Shown here: positions 1-9,300 of the stretch, piece after piece | Layout of the letters: each line of letters starts with the position of its first letter | Position numbering within the stretch: the stretch's first letter is position 1 | Translations under genes and position numbers: made by a program | Notes under the pieces: model-generated | Told to the model about the DNA's origin: nothing | The model's input: the letters and a program-made list of their open reading frames with translations, nothing else | Database searches by the model: none | Assembly: GCA_022826705.1 (NCBI GenBank) | Contig: JAJDUJ010000007.1 | Span: forward strand, 211,134-275,133 | Direction of reading: 5' to 3' | Source: Acidimicrobiia bacterium | GTDB taxonomy: Bacteria; Actinomycetota; Acidimicrobiia; Acidimicrobiales; Bin134 | Length of the DNA stretch: 64,000 nt

Positions 1-303
1 ATCCAGACTGGGCATACGCTGGTCGTACCCCGGGCCGAGATCGATCACTGGCTGGACGTCCCGCCGGAACTGGCCGCCCACCTCATGGTGGTGGCCCATA
101 CGGTGGGCACCGCTCAGATGGCCGCCTTCGAGCCGTCCCGTGTGGGCCTCATCATCGCCGGCCTCGAGGTCCCCCACACCCATCTGCACGTGATCCCCAT
201 GTCAAACATGAACGACTTGAACTTCGCCAACGCCAAGGCCTCAGTTCCCCCCGAGGAGTTGGCCCATACCGCTGAGACCCTGCGCTCGCACCTCTCCGCT
301 TAG
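1..303 (+). CDS. HIT (histidine triad) family protein, 5' end outside window
   Basis: Frame 1 is open from base 1. The translation contains the histidine-triad motif PHTHLHVIP. Stop TAG at 301-303. Confidence 0.8.
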   Translation: MQTGHTLVVPRAEIDHWLDVPPELAAHLMVVAHTVGTAQMAAFEPSRVGLIIAGLEVPHTHLHVIPMSNMNDLNFANAKASVPPEELAHTAETLRSHLSA

Positions 304-1829
304 CTCTGGATCACGTTGCGGAGTCGGTAGACCCACAGGGTGCGCCCTCCCTCTTCCAGCTCAAGCCGTTCAAAGCCGGTTCGTCGCACGTCCAAGTCGA
401 AGCCCTCGATGTCGAGGGGGGTCCAGCCGGGAGCGGATGCGGGGTCGAACACAATCCACTCCACTTTGGGAGTGGCGGCCACCGCAGCGCTGGAAGGGTC
501 TTCTCCGGTGTGGAGCTGATACAGCCGGGTGCGGTCCGACAGCAGGGGAAGGACCTGCTCCGAGGCTCGCACCGAAGCATCTGACGGGATCAGATCGGCC
601 GCCTCTTGCCGGGCGATGTCTATCGTGTCGCGTTGGCCCCAGTTCCACGGCCTCTCGTACAGGGAGCTGGGAGCATCGCGCACGAAGAACAGACCGGCAG
701 TGAGCACAAGCGCGGTGAGCAGACGACGGTCCACGTTCACCCGCTCCACCAGCACCCGACCGGAGCGGGCCAGGGCGAACACCGTGGCCGCGAAGACAAA
801 CGGAATCATCGGCACCGTCTGAGAAGCCTCGGCCAATTGGCCGGTGGGCACATCGGCCACCAAGTACACCGCAAACAGGGGCAGAACCGGCAGCACATAG
901 CGGGGCGCCACCAACGGCAGCAGCATCACCGGGGCCAGCAGGAAGACGATCATCTGGAAGTTGACCTGCGAAACCGCATCGGCCACCACCTGATGAGGGC
1001 CGGAGATGAAGCCCCAGAGAACCGACCCCGGGTGTCCACTGCCAAAGTCGGAGAACGCCTCGATGTGGGGGAATCGCCCACCGTTGAAGCGAGGCTGAAT
1101 GGCGGTCATGGCCACCAGCCCGTAGGCCAAGCCCCCAAGGGAGATGTACGTTCCGGGGCGGCGCCGACCCTCCAAGAGCACCAGCAGTCCCAGCCCGGAG
1201 AGGGCGAAGGCCAAATCCGACCGGCAGGTCACCACCAGCAGGGCGAACATGGCAAACCAATTCCAGCGGCCGGTCAAGGCAGCGAGCACGGCAGCGAACA
1301 ACGCGGGCACTGCCAGTGCCTCGGGGTGGAAGTCGGACAGGTTGATCGTGTGAACCGCCGGATAGGCGCAATAGGCGAATACAACGGCAAAGGCCGCCCC
1401 CGATTTGAGGCCACCCACATCGCGGGCAATCCGCCACAGTGGCACTACTGCCAAGCCCAAGGCCGCGGCTTGCAGACAGAGCAGCGTGGGCTGGTCGGGG
1501 AACAGGGCGGTCAGCCCCGCCACCGGGTAGAGGATGAAAGCAGCCTGCTCCCACAGCAGGTTGTGGCCGGCCACGCTAGAGCGCGGCTCGTAGCCCTCCC
1601 CGATGAGCCACAGTCCCTGGAGGTGGGCCGACAGGTCGGCCCCAGCGTCTAGTTGGTAGGCCCGAGTCAAGGCCAGACCGGCGAGCGCCGCGCCCAAGAA
1701 CACGGCGATGATCCATGGAACGGCCTGGTCGAATTGCCTGGTGTCGAGACGAGCCTGCCAACGCAGCGAGAAGATCTCCAGCCGCCGCCGAAACTGGGCC
1801 AGCGACACCTTGGTCTGCTCGAAATCCAC
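300..1829 (-). CDS. DUF2079-like polytopic membrane protein
   Basis: This is the C-terminal ~509 aa of the 660-aa ORF. It is hydrophobic with many predicted TM segments (e.g. AVPWIIAVFLGAALAGLAL, MIVFLLAPVMLLPLV). The Arg/Pro-rich N-terminal 150 aa overlaps the upstream amidohydrolase gene and was discarded. GTG at 1829-1827 overlaps that gene's TAG by 1 nt. The start is uncertain. Confidence 0.6.
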   Translation of the reverse strand: MDFEQTKVSLAQFRRRLEIFSLRWQARLDTRQFDQAVPWIIAVFLGAALAGLALTRAYQLDAGADLSAHLQGLWLIGEGYEPRSSVAGHNLLWEQAAFILYPVAGLTALFPDQPTLLCLQAAALGLAVVPLWRIARDVGGLKSGAAFAVVFAYCAYPAVHTINLSDFHPEALAVPALFAAVLAALTGRWNWFAMFALLVVTCRSDLAFALSGLGLLVLLEGRRRPGTYISLGGLAYGLVAMTAIQPRFNGGRFPHIEAFSDFGSGHPGSVLWGFISGPHQVVADAVSQVNFQMIVFLLAPVMLLPLVAPRYVLPVLPLFAVYLVADVPTGQLAEASQTVPMIPFVFAATVFALARSGRVLVERVNVDRRLLTALVLTAGLFFVRDAPSSLYERPWNWGQRDTIDIARQEAADLIPSDASVRASEQVLPLLSDRTRLYQLHTGEDPSSAAVAATPKVEWIVFDPASAPGWTPLDIEGFDLDVRRTGFERLELEEGGRTLWVYRLRNVIQS

Positions 1830-3550
1830 TACCCGGCCAGTACGGTCTCGGTATCGCGCCCCGATCGCAGCAGGGTGCCGGGTCGGGCGTCGGTGGCCTG
1901 ACCGCCGCTCACGATGGGCTGGCCGTTCACCAGCACGTGGTGTACTCCCACTGCGTCGGCGAACAGCCGGGGCGAACCGCCCGGCAAATCGTCCACCATG
2001 CGCATGGCGCCGGAGTCGATCGTTTCGGGATCGAACACCACAAGGTCGGCGTGCCAGCCCCCCTCGATGCGGCCCCGCTCTCGCAGGCCGAACAAGCGGG
2101 CCGGGGCGTCGGTCAGCATGTGAATGGCCGTCTCCAGCGATGCCAGCCCTCGGCCCCGCAGGCAGTCGCCCAAAAATGCGGTGGTATAGGGGGCGCCGCA
2201 CATCCGATCGAGGTGGGCGCCGGCATCGGAGCCGCCCAGCAGGGTGTGCTCGCTCTGCCAGGCTTCGGCCCGAAGTCGCCAACTCTCGTCATCGTCGTCG
2301 GTGGGGGCCGGCCACAGCACGGTGCGCAGCTCGTCGGCGAGCACGATGTCGAGCAGGGTGTTGAAGGGCTCGGATCCGCGCTCGTAGGCAATGTCAGCCA
2401 CGGTACGCCCGGTCAGCCCCTGGTTGGCCGAGCTGAAGGTGTCGCCGATCCGGTAGCCGCCCCAGCCGGTGAGGCGGGTGAACACCCCGGCGTCGGGCGA
2501 GGCAGCCCGCTCGGCTAGATGGGCCCGGGTTTGGGGATCGGCAAGTTTGGCCATTCGCTCGGACACCGGCAGGCCGAGCACCTCCCCCCAGTCGGGGAGC
2601 ATGTTTAGGGCGCAGTAGCTGAGAAAGCTCATATTCATGCCCACCAGCACCGGCATGGTCAGCGCCACCACCCGAGCGCCGTGCTCGGCGGCACGCACTG
2701 AGGCACCCAGTTGAGCCCGGTAGCGATCGGGATCGGCGGAGTCGATGGTGAGCACGTTCCAATTGAGCGGGCGGCGGGCCGATCGGGACATGGCCACCAT
2801 GAGATCCAGTTCTTCATCGGTGAAGCCCTGCATGCACCCGTCGGTCACGTATTCCAGGGTGGTCCCCTCGTGCTCCGACACCACCGAGCAAAGCGCAATT
2901 ACCTCTTCGTCGCTGGCGAAGCGGGAGGCCACCGGGGCGCCATCGCCGTCGTTGTGGGTGTAGGAAAGCGAGGTGGAGAACCCCAGGCCGCCCGCGGCAA
3001 TGCCCTCGGTCAACAAAGTCTTCATCGCCTCGAGCTGGCTGGGATCAGCCTCGTTGCCGGTGGCGTCGGCCCCCATGACCGCCCGGCGGATGGCACAGTG
3101 GCCTACCAAGAATCCCGCGTTCACGCCGAGGTTGCCGTCCAATCGGGCCAGGTAGTCGGCAAATGTGCGCCACGACCAGTCCAACCCGGTCTCCAGAGCA
3201 GAAAGCGGCATGCCCTCCACCTTGGCCATCATGCGCTGGAGGTAGGGGGCGTCGCCGGGGTTGAGGGGCGCCAGGGTGAATCCACAGTTGCCGCCGATCA
3301 CGGTGGTCACCCCGTGCAGGTTGGACGGGGAGGCGGCCGGATCCCAGAACAGTTGGGCGTCGTAGTGGGTGTGGGGGTCCACGAAACCGGGGCAAACCAC
3401 CAGGCCAGAGGCATCAATCTCGGTGCGTCCAGATTCGGCGACGTCCCCGATAGCAGTAATCCGCCCGTCCCTGACTCCGATGTCGCCAGAGAAACCCAGA
3501 CTCCCCGAGCCGTCGATAATCGTGCCCCCGCGGACTACCAGGTCCAACAC
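1829..3550 (-). CDS. N-acyl-D-amino-acid deacylase (D-aminoacylase) family amidohydrolase
   Basis: 573-aa ORF. The N-terminus MLDLVVRGGTIIDGSG...GFVDPHTHYD is the typical metal-binding HxH start of D-aminoacylase-type amidohydrolases. Confidence 0.85.
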   Translation of the reverse strand: MLDLVVRGGTIIDGSGSLGFSGDIGVRDGRITAIGDVAESGRTEIDASGLVVCPGFVDPHTHYDAQLFWDPAASPSNLHGVTTVIGGNCGFTLAPLNPGDAPYLQRMMAKVEGMPLSALETGLDWSWRTFADYLARLDGNLGVNAGFLVGHCAIRRAVMGADATGNEADPSQLEAMKTLLTEGIAAGGLGFSTSLSYTHNDGDGAPVASRFASDEEVIALCSVVSEHEGTTLEYVTDGCMQGFTDEELDLMVAMSRSARRPLNWNVLTIDSADPDRYRAQLGASVRAAEHGARVVALTMPVLVGMNMSFLSYCALNMLPDWGEVLGLPVSERMAKLADPQTRAHLAERAASPDAGVFTRLTGWGGYRIGDTFSSANQGLTGRTVADIAYERGSEPFNTLLDIVLADELRTVLWPAPTDDDDESWRLRAEAWQSEHTLLGGSDAGAHLDRMCGAPYTTAFLGDCLRGRGLASLETAIHMLTDAPARLFGLRERGRIEGGWHADLVVFDPETIDSGAMRMVDDLPGGSPRLFADAVGVHHVLVNGQPIVSGGQATDARPGTLLRSGRDTETVLAG

Positions 3551-3613
3551 GGCCCCAATCCTACTTATCCGTATGGGGTCCCCCCACCCCGCCCCACTAT
3601 GCTCACCCCGTTA

Positions 3614-3691
3614 CGGGCTGTGGCGCAGCTTGGTTAGCGCGTCGGTCTGGGGGACCGAAGGTCCCGGGTTCAAATCCCGGCAGCCCGACCA
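3614..3691 (+). tRNA. tRNA-Pro (anticodon GGG), CCA encoded
   Basis: Hand-folded cloverleaf: acceptor CGGGCTG/CAGCCCG, D-stem GCGC/GCGC, anticodon stem TCGGT/ACCGA with loop CTGGGGG, T-arm CCGGG-TTCAAAT-CCCGG, discriminator A, then CCA. Confidence 0.9.
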
Positions 3692-3713
3692 CTGGGATTT
3701 CAGAAGATCCCCC

Positions 3714-3938
3714 TCAGAACAGAAGGCCGATGCCTTGGATGGCGCGCCAGGCCAGGTAGATGCCGGCGGCGGTGATGGCGACCCAGAAGTGCCAGGGGAC
3801 CTTTTGGCGAGCGGCGGAATCCATGTTGGGCGGGATCTCAACCGGCGTATCCACCGGGGTGCCGCAGGTGGGGCACTCCCCCGCCTCGGTCACCGAGGCG
3901 GGGTTCCAGAACCGGTCGCAGGGCTCGCACCAGGGCAC
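3714..3938 (-). CDS. small zinc-ribbon-like protein with C-terminal TM helix (hypothetical)
   Basis: 74 aa. Contains CEPC...CPTC (two CxxC pairs) followed by the hydrophobic stretch WHFWVAITAAGIYLAWRAI. No family name recognised. Confidence 0.5.
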   Translation of the reverse strand: MPWCEPCDRFWNPASVTEAGECPTCGTPVDTPVEIPPNMDSAARQKVPWHFWVAITAAGIYLAWRAIQGIGLLF

Positions 3939-4072
3939 GGGTATAGCTTGCCACCACTGGACTTCGCCGCCCGATCCGGCCCATCTGCCTGGCGCGTTGC
4001 ACCGAACAGATTCTCGGCGGTAGCGTGCTGTTTTCCAGCAAAATCCTTGCTAATCCGGAGGGAATCCCAGAA

Positions 4073-5464
4073 ATGAGAACCAAGTCAAGACTGTTCGCGC
4101 TCATCGCCGTGCTTTTCGCGATGGCCCTGGTGGCCGCCGCTTGCGGCAACGACGACGATGACGCACCGGCAGCTTCCACGCCCGCTCCGGCGGCGGCTAC
4201 TGAAGAGCCCATGGCCACCGAAGAGCCTATGGCCCCTGAGGAGCCGATGGAGGAAGAAGACGACATGCCCCTGGCCGGGACTGTGGTCAATATCCTCGGC
4301 CCAGAAACCGGCCCGGAAGCCGAGGGCTTCTTGGCGGGCTTCGAGCCGTTCGAGGCTCGCACCGGCATCGAAGTGCAGTATTCCGGCACCCGGGACGCCA
4401 CCACCGAGCTGAACTTGGCTCTGGAAGGCGGCAACCCGCCCGACATCGTGATCATCCCCCAGCCGGGACGCATCATTCAGTTCGGTGAGTCCGGCGATGC
4501 CGTGGCCCTGCCGCAGTCGCTGCTCGACAACATCAGCGGAGCGTATGACCCGTTCTGGTTCGACCTGGCCACCACCGGCGGACAGGTGTACGGCGTGCCC
4601 AACAAGGGCGACGTGAAGAGCCTGGTGTGGTACAGCCCGCCGCTGTTTGCCGAGAATGGCTACGAGGTTCCCAGCACCTGGGCCGAGCTTGATGCGCTGA
4701 CCGACCAGATCAAGGCTGACGGTCTCGCCCCCTGGTGCATCGGCATTGGTTCGGGCGACGCCACCGGCTGGGTGTTCACCGACTGGATGGAGGACATGAT
4801 GCTCCGCCTCCAGGGCCCCGACGTGTATGACCAGTGGGTGTCCCATGACATTCCGTTCAACGATCCGCGAGTAGTCGAAGTGGCTGAGTTCGTGGGCGAC
4901 ATCTGGTTCGAAGAGGGCAACGTGCTCGGCGGACGCGACCTGATTGCGGCCACCGGCTTCAAAGAGGCCTCCCTGCCAATCGTCGACGGCGACTGCGTGC
5001 TGCACCGCCAGGCCAGCTTCGCCGGGGCCTTCTACACCGAGGTCGGCGCTTCGCTTGGCCCCAACGGTGACGTCAACGTGTTCTACCTGCCGACCGTCAG
5101 CGATGAGTTCGGCACAGTCGTGCTCGGCGCGGGAACCCACGCGGTGGCCTTCACCGACAAGCCCGAGACCCTGGCCGTGATGGAGTACATCGGCACCGCC
5201 GAATACGCCAACGCCCGGATTATGGCCGACAAGGGCGGATTCCTGTCGCCCAACCGTGAGCATGACACCTCGCTGTACAGCTCCGACTTCGATCGAGGCC
5301 TGGCCGACATCCTGGTGAGTGCCGATCCGTTCCGGTTCGACGCTTCCGACCTGATGCCCGGTGAGGTCGGCGCCGGCGAGTTCTGGCGCTCCGGCACCGA
5401 CTACGTGTCGGGCTCAAAGACCGCTCAAGAGTTCGCTGACGACACCGAGAACGCGTGGCCGTAG
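4073..5464 (+). CDS. carbohydrate ABC transporter substrate-binding lipoprotein (solute-binding family 1)
   Basis: ATG at 4073 is preceded by GGAGGGA. Signal peptide with lipobox LVAAAC|G. The length and composition fit a sugar-binding SBP, and two ABC permease genes follow. Confidence 0.85.
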   Translation: MRTKSRLFALIAVLFAMALVAAACGNDDDDAPAASTPAPAAATEEPMATEEPMAPEEPMEEEDDMPLAGTVVNILGPETGPEAEGFLAGFEPFEARTGIEVQYSGTRDATTELNLALEGGNPPDIVIIPQPGRIIQFGESGDAVALPQSLLDNISGAYDPFWFDLATTGGQVYGVPNKGDVKSLVWYSPPLFAENGYEVPSTWAELDALTDQIKADGLAPWCIGIGSGDATGWVFTDWMEDMMLRLQGPDVYDQWVSHDIPFNDPRVVEVAEFVGDIWFEEGNVLGGRDLIAATGFKEASLPIVDGDCVLHRQASFAGAFYTEVGASLGPNGDVNVFYLPTVSDEFGTVVLGAGTHAVAFTDKPETLAVMEYIGTAEYANARIMADKGGFLSPNREHDTSLYSSDFDRGLADILVSADPFRFDASDLMPGEVGAGEFWRSGTDYVSGSKTAQEFADDTENAWP

Positions 5465-5479
5465 GCGAACGCCGACAGA

Positions 5480-5539
5480 CCAGTCGCTAGCGACTGGCCA
5501 ACTGTGACCGTGGCCGGGGGCGCTTTAGCCCCCGGCCAC
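5480..5539 (+). terminator. two intercistronic stem-loops between the SBP and permease genes
   Basis: Perfect 18-nt palindrome CCAGTCGCTAGCGACTGG (5480-5497), then hairpin GTGGCCGGGGGC-gcttta-GCCCCCGGCCAC (5510-5539, 12-bp stem). No U-tract follows. Confidence 0.5.
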
Positions 5540-5587
5540 GTCGCGTTCACGCGGCGACGAATAGCCAGCGCGTAGGGTAAGGACGTC

Positions 5588-7213
5588 ATGGGCCAGATCG
5601 TCACCATGCTCATCAGCGTCGCCGGGGCTCTGGCCGTGACCGCGGTGCTGTTCATCGGCGCCGACCGAACCGTCGATTCGGCCCTCAACCGGTGGGCTGC
5701 ATTCACGGCCAGCATCGGCGGAGTGCTCGGCCTCATAGCTGGATCTGTGCTTCAGCACAACGGATGGGTGCCCCGAGGTCCTGGCCTCGGAGGCCCGTTT
5801 GACGAGGGGTGGCTGGCAATCGTCATCGGCGGGCTCGTCGGCGCAACCCTGGGCTCCGCTGGCGGGCGCGCACTAGTCCCAGTGCTGGACCGGCGCATCC
5901 GCATAGAGGCTCGGCTGAGACCCTGGGTCTTCGTGGGCCCGGCCCTGCTGTTCGTCACCGGTGGGCTGGTCATTCCCGGATTTCGGACCATGTGGCTGTC
6001 ATTCAAGAATGGGTCGAGAGGCCGCGAGCCCGGCTTCACCATCCGGCACTACGAGGAGATCTTCACCGATGACACTTTCTTCTCTATCGACGGATGGGTT
6101 TCGATTTTCACCAGCCGCCTGTTCATCATCGGCTTGGCCGCCGCCGCGGTCGCAGTAGTGGCCGCTTGGGCCAGCGCATCACGCATCGTCGGCGGACCGC
6201 TACGGGTCAAGGTGGCCCGACGCACCATGAAGGTGCTGGGCCTTGCGGCCGCCATCGTTGGGATGGCCACCCTGGCCGGCTTCGTGGAGTCACTGGTCCG
6301 CGAGCCAAACCGATCGGAGATCGTGGATGTACTCACGGTGATGGTGTCGAGCCGGGTCACCCTGGTGATCGTCGCTGCGGTGGCCGCTGTTGTCGTGGGA
6401 GGCTGGCTCTGGGCCCGGTTGCGCAGCGGTGACGTGGAGATGGACTGGGGGTCGCCGACCTCCTCCACGATGCTGGTCCTCGCCATCGGTCTAGGCATTT
6501 TCGGCGCGCTGTCCACTCTGCAAGGCGTGGTGTGGAACAACATCTGGTGGGTGGTCACCGTGGCCGGGCTGTCCACCGTGCTGGGGCTGTTGCTGGCCAT
6601 ACTGGCTGAGCGGGCTCGGGGCGAGCGGGTGGCCAAGACCTTGATCTTCATGCCCATGGCCATCTCTATGGTGGGCGCCGCGGTGATCTGGGACTTCATC
6701 TACGAGGTGCAGCCCACTGGCAACCAGACCGGGCTGCTCAACGCCATCCTCCAGGGAATCGGATTCCAACCCCGCGGATTCTTCATCAACTCGTCAATGA
6801 TCCCGTGGAACAACTTCTGGATCATGTTCATCATGGTGTGGATCCAGACCGGGTTCGCCATGGTCGTTTTGTCGGCCGCCATCCGAGCGGTTCCCGAGGA
6901 GCTCACCGAGGCGGCCCGGGTGGACGGGGCCAACGAGGTCCAGGTCTTTTGGCGGGTGATCGTCCCCCAGATCCGTCCCACCATCATCGTCGTGACCACC
7001 ACGCTGATGGTGATCGTGACCAAAGTCTTCGACCTGGTGAAGGCCACCACCAACGGGGCGAACCGAACCAATGTGCTGGCCAACGAGATGTTCGACCAGC
7101 TCCGAGACCGCAACTTCACCTCCAGCAGCGCGTTCGCCGTGGTGCTGCTGGCCCTGGTGCTGCCAGTGATGATCTACAACATCCGCCGACTCCAATCGGA
7201 GCTGAAATCATGA
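5588..7213 (+). CDS. carbohydrate ABC transporter permease (MalF-like, enlarged)
   Basis: 541 aa. The C-terminal half carries the EAA-type loop (EELTEAARVDGANEVQVFWRVIVPQIRP). Multiple TM segments. RBS AAGGA lies upstream of the ATG. Confidence 0.85.
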   Translation: MGQIVTMLISVAGALAVTAVLFIGADRTVDSALNRWAAFTASIGGVLGLIAGSVLQHNGWVPRGPGLGGPFDEGWLAIVIGGLVGATLGSAGGRALVPVLDRRIRIEARLRPWVFVGPALLFVTGGLVIPGFRTMWLSFKNGSRGREPGFTIRHYEEIFTDDTFFSIDGWVSIFTSRLFIIGLAAAAVAVVAAWASASRIVGGPLRVKVARRTMKVLGLAAAIVGMATLAGFVESLVREPNRSEIVDVLTVMVSSRVTLVIVAAVAAVVVGGWLWARLRSGDVEMDWGSPTSSTMLVLAIGLGIFGALSTLQGVVWNNIWWVVTVAGLSTVLGLLLAILAERARGERVAKTLIFMPMAISMVGAAVIWDFIYEVQPTGNQTGLLNAILQGIGFQPRGFFINSSMIPWNNFWIMFIMVWIQTGFAMVVLSAAIRAVPEELTEAARVDGANEVQVFWRVIVPQIRPTIIVVTTTLMVIVTKVFDLVKATTNGANRTNVLANEMFDQLRDRNFTSSSAFAVVLLALVLPVMIYNIRRLQSELKS

Positions 7214-7247
7214 TCTGCGAGGCCACGCCTTGGCAGGGGGATCTGAA

Positions 7248-8183
7248 ATGAGCTCGGTTGAGACCGCGCTGATGCCCACCGGCCAGCGGCTGCGCCGACT
7301 GGCGGCCACCGCCCCCAGCTGGGTGATGTGGCTGATCGTGGTGGTCTGGACCGTGCCCACGTTCGGGCTGTTCATCTCGTCGTTCCGAAAGGTGCCCGAC
7401 ATCAACAGCTCAGGCTGGTGGACATCGTGGAACGACCTCGACAACCTGACCCTCCAGAACTACCGCGACATCTTCCGGGAAAGCGCGGCGCAGCCGTCTA
7501 TGTGGGAGTTCGCCCTGAACTCCCTCGCCATCGTGGTTCCGGCCACCATCATCCCCATCGCCATTGCTGCGTTTGCCGCCTACGGATTCGCCTGGATCGA
7601 CTTCCGAGGCCGCAACTGGCTCTTCATCGCCCTGGTCTCGATGATCGCCCTGCCCAACCAGATGGCCTTCGTGCCGCTGCTCCAGTTGTTCAATAACGGG
7701 GCCCGGCTCACCATCCCCGGACTGGACTGGACCTTCGTGCTGATTCCCGATGTCGGGGTGGCCAACACCGCAGCCGCGGTGTGGCTGACCCATACCGCGT
7801 TCGGGCTGCCGCTGGCCGTGCTATTGCTGCACAACTTCGTCAGCCAACTCCCCCGCGAGGTGTTCGAGGCGGCCCGAATCGACGGCGCCAGCCATTTCAC
7901 CATCTTCTGGCGGCTGGTAGTGCCCCTAGCCCGGCCAGCGCTGGCCGCCTTCGCCGTCTTCCAGTTCCTGTGGACCTGGAACGACTACCTGATCGCAGCG
8001 GTGTTCCTCACCGACAACGAGCCGATGACGGTGGCATTGGTCAATCTGGTGGGCGAGCGGGGTTCCAACTTCCAGCTTCGCTTCGCCTCCGCGTTCGTGA
8101 TCATGATCGTGCCGCTGATCGTGTTCTTCAGCCTTCAGCGCCACTTCGTTCGGGGACTGCTGGCCGGCTCGGTTAAGGGCTGA
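7248..8183 (+). CDS. carbohydrate ABC transporter permease (MalG-like)
   Basis: EAA loop EVFEAARIDGASHFTIFWRLVVPLARP. I prefer ATG at 7248 (GGGGGA 8 nt upstream) over the track start at 7230. Confidence 0.85.
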   Translation: MSSVETALMPTGQRLRRLAATAPSWVMWLIVVVWTVPTFGLFISSFRKVPDINSSGWWTSWNDLDNLTLQNYRDIFRESAAQPSMWEFALNSLAIVVPATIIPIAIAAFAAYGFAWIDFRGRNWLFIALVSMIALPNQMAFVPLLQLFNNGARLTIPGLDWTFVLIPDVGVANTAAAVWLTHTAFGLPLAVLLLHNFVSQLPREVFEAARIDGASHFTIFWRLVVPLARPALAAFAVFQFLWTWNDYLIAAVFLTDNEPMTVALVNLVGERGSNFQLRFASAFVIMIVPLIVFFSLQRHFVRGLLAGSVKG

Positions 8184-9252
8184 TATCGGCGAGGGCTACC
8201 GGCACCCCGGTAGCCATGGACTCCTGTCCGGCAACCCCCATGGCCACACACAGCATGGCGGCTTCAAGCGCCTGTCGCGATTGAGACCTTGAATCAGGGT
8301 GATCGCCGGTGCTGATCGCCTCCAGAAATCGCTGGTGCTCCACGAAGCTGGACCCGTGATGGAACCCTGCATACGCGGCCTCAACCGGCGTCGCCACCAC
8401 CTGGACTGCTCCGATCGAATGCTCGCCTCGGCGCCCGATCCGCACGATGTGCTCTGGAACGAGCGCTTCCACTTTCCCGGCATCGCCCATCACCGCGAAT
8501 TCCTGCTGGTTGTAGGTGGCCTCGGCGAACATGCACAAGTCGAGCATGGCCCGGGCACCGTCGTCATACTCCACCACCACATAGGCATTGTCGTCGATGT
8601 CGGGGGTGCGGCCTCCATAGCGCTCATCCCGGTGGTTCACCGCCTGGCCTCCCGATGCGAAGACCCGAACGGGCCGCCCGGGCATCACCAGGTTCATCAA
8701 GTCGAAGAAATGGCAGCACTTCTCCACCAGTGTGCCGCCGGTGTTCTCAGAAAACCGGTTCCAGTCGTCCACCTTGGAGAGGAACGGGAAGCGGTGCTCG
8801 CGCATCGAAGCCATTCGCACCCGCCCCACTGCGCCTCCCGCCACCTCTTCGATCAGCCGGGCGAACGGCGCCATATACCGGTACTCCAACCCCACTCGTA
8901 TCACCCCGCGGTGGTCTGCGGCTGCGTCGATCACCCGGCGGCAGTCGGCCACCGTGGTACACAGCGGCTTTTCGACCAGCACATGCAGATCGGCCCCCAA
9001 TACGTCGCCGAGCACATCGGCATGGGTCATGTTGGGGGTGGCGATGACCACGGCATCGCAGATCTCAGCCTCCAGCAGACGGCGATGGTCCGCAAACCGC
9101 GCTGCTCCCGGCGCCATTCCCTCCGCGGTGTCCAAAGACGCAGGATGGGGATCGGCCAGTGCAATCACCTCTGCCCCGGGAAGGTGGGCGATATTGGCAA
9201 TGTGCTCCCGGCCCATCATGCCGGTCCCAATCACCCCGTAACGGATCACCAT
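8173..9252 (-). CDS. Gfo/Idh/MocA family oxidoreductase
   Basis: ATG at 9252 is preceded by GAGGGGAA. N-terminal Rossmann motif MVIRYGVIGTGMMGREH and the EKP motif (VLVEKPL). The remaining upstream part of the 681-aa ORF is an Arg/Gly-rich artefact. Confidence 0.85.
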   Translation of the reverse strand: MVIRYGVIGTGMMGREHIANIAHLPGAEVIALADPHPASLDTAEGMAPGAARFADHRRLLEAEICDAVVIATPNMTHADVLGDVLGADLHVLVEKPLCTTVADCRRVIDAAADHRGVIRVGLEYRYMAPFARLIEEVAGGAVGRVRMASMREHRFPFLSKVDDWNRFSENTGGTLVEKCCHFFDLMNLVMPGRPVRVFASGGQAVNHRDERYGGRTPDIDDNAYVVVEYDDGARAMLDLCMFAEATYNQQEFAVMGDAGKVEALVPEHIVRIGRRGEHSIGAVQVVATPVEAAYAGFHHGSSFVEHQRFLEAISTGDHPDSRSQSRQALEAAMLCVAMGVAGQESMATGVPVALADISP

Positions 9253-9300
9253 TTCCCCTCGAACGACGCTGGCGGCGGGTTCACACGATAGCTTGATCCG

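Noticed and set aside
370-1652. Long ORFs 370..1554 (-), 606..1652 (+) and similar ORFs overlapping the DUF2079-like gene
   Set aside because: Their translations are dominated by Arg/Gly/Pro/His, as expected for out-of-frame or antisense reading of high-GC coding DNA. The membrane-protein frame is the only one with protein-like composition.
1830-2282. N-terminal extensions of track ORFs (300..2282, 8173..10218, 44243..45283, 50035..51333, 40804..41901, 42643..43812, 27289..28320)
   Set aside because: The extensions overlap neighbouring well-supported genes and are Arg/Pro-rich. Internal starts with Shine-Dalgarno-like sequences or stop/start overlaps give proteins of canonical family length.
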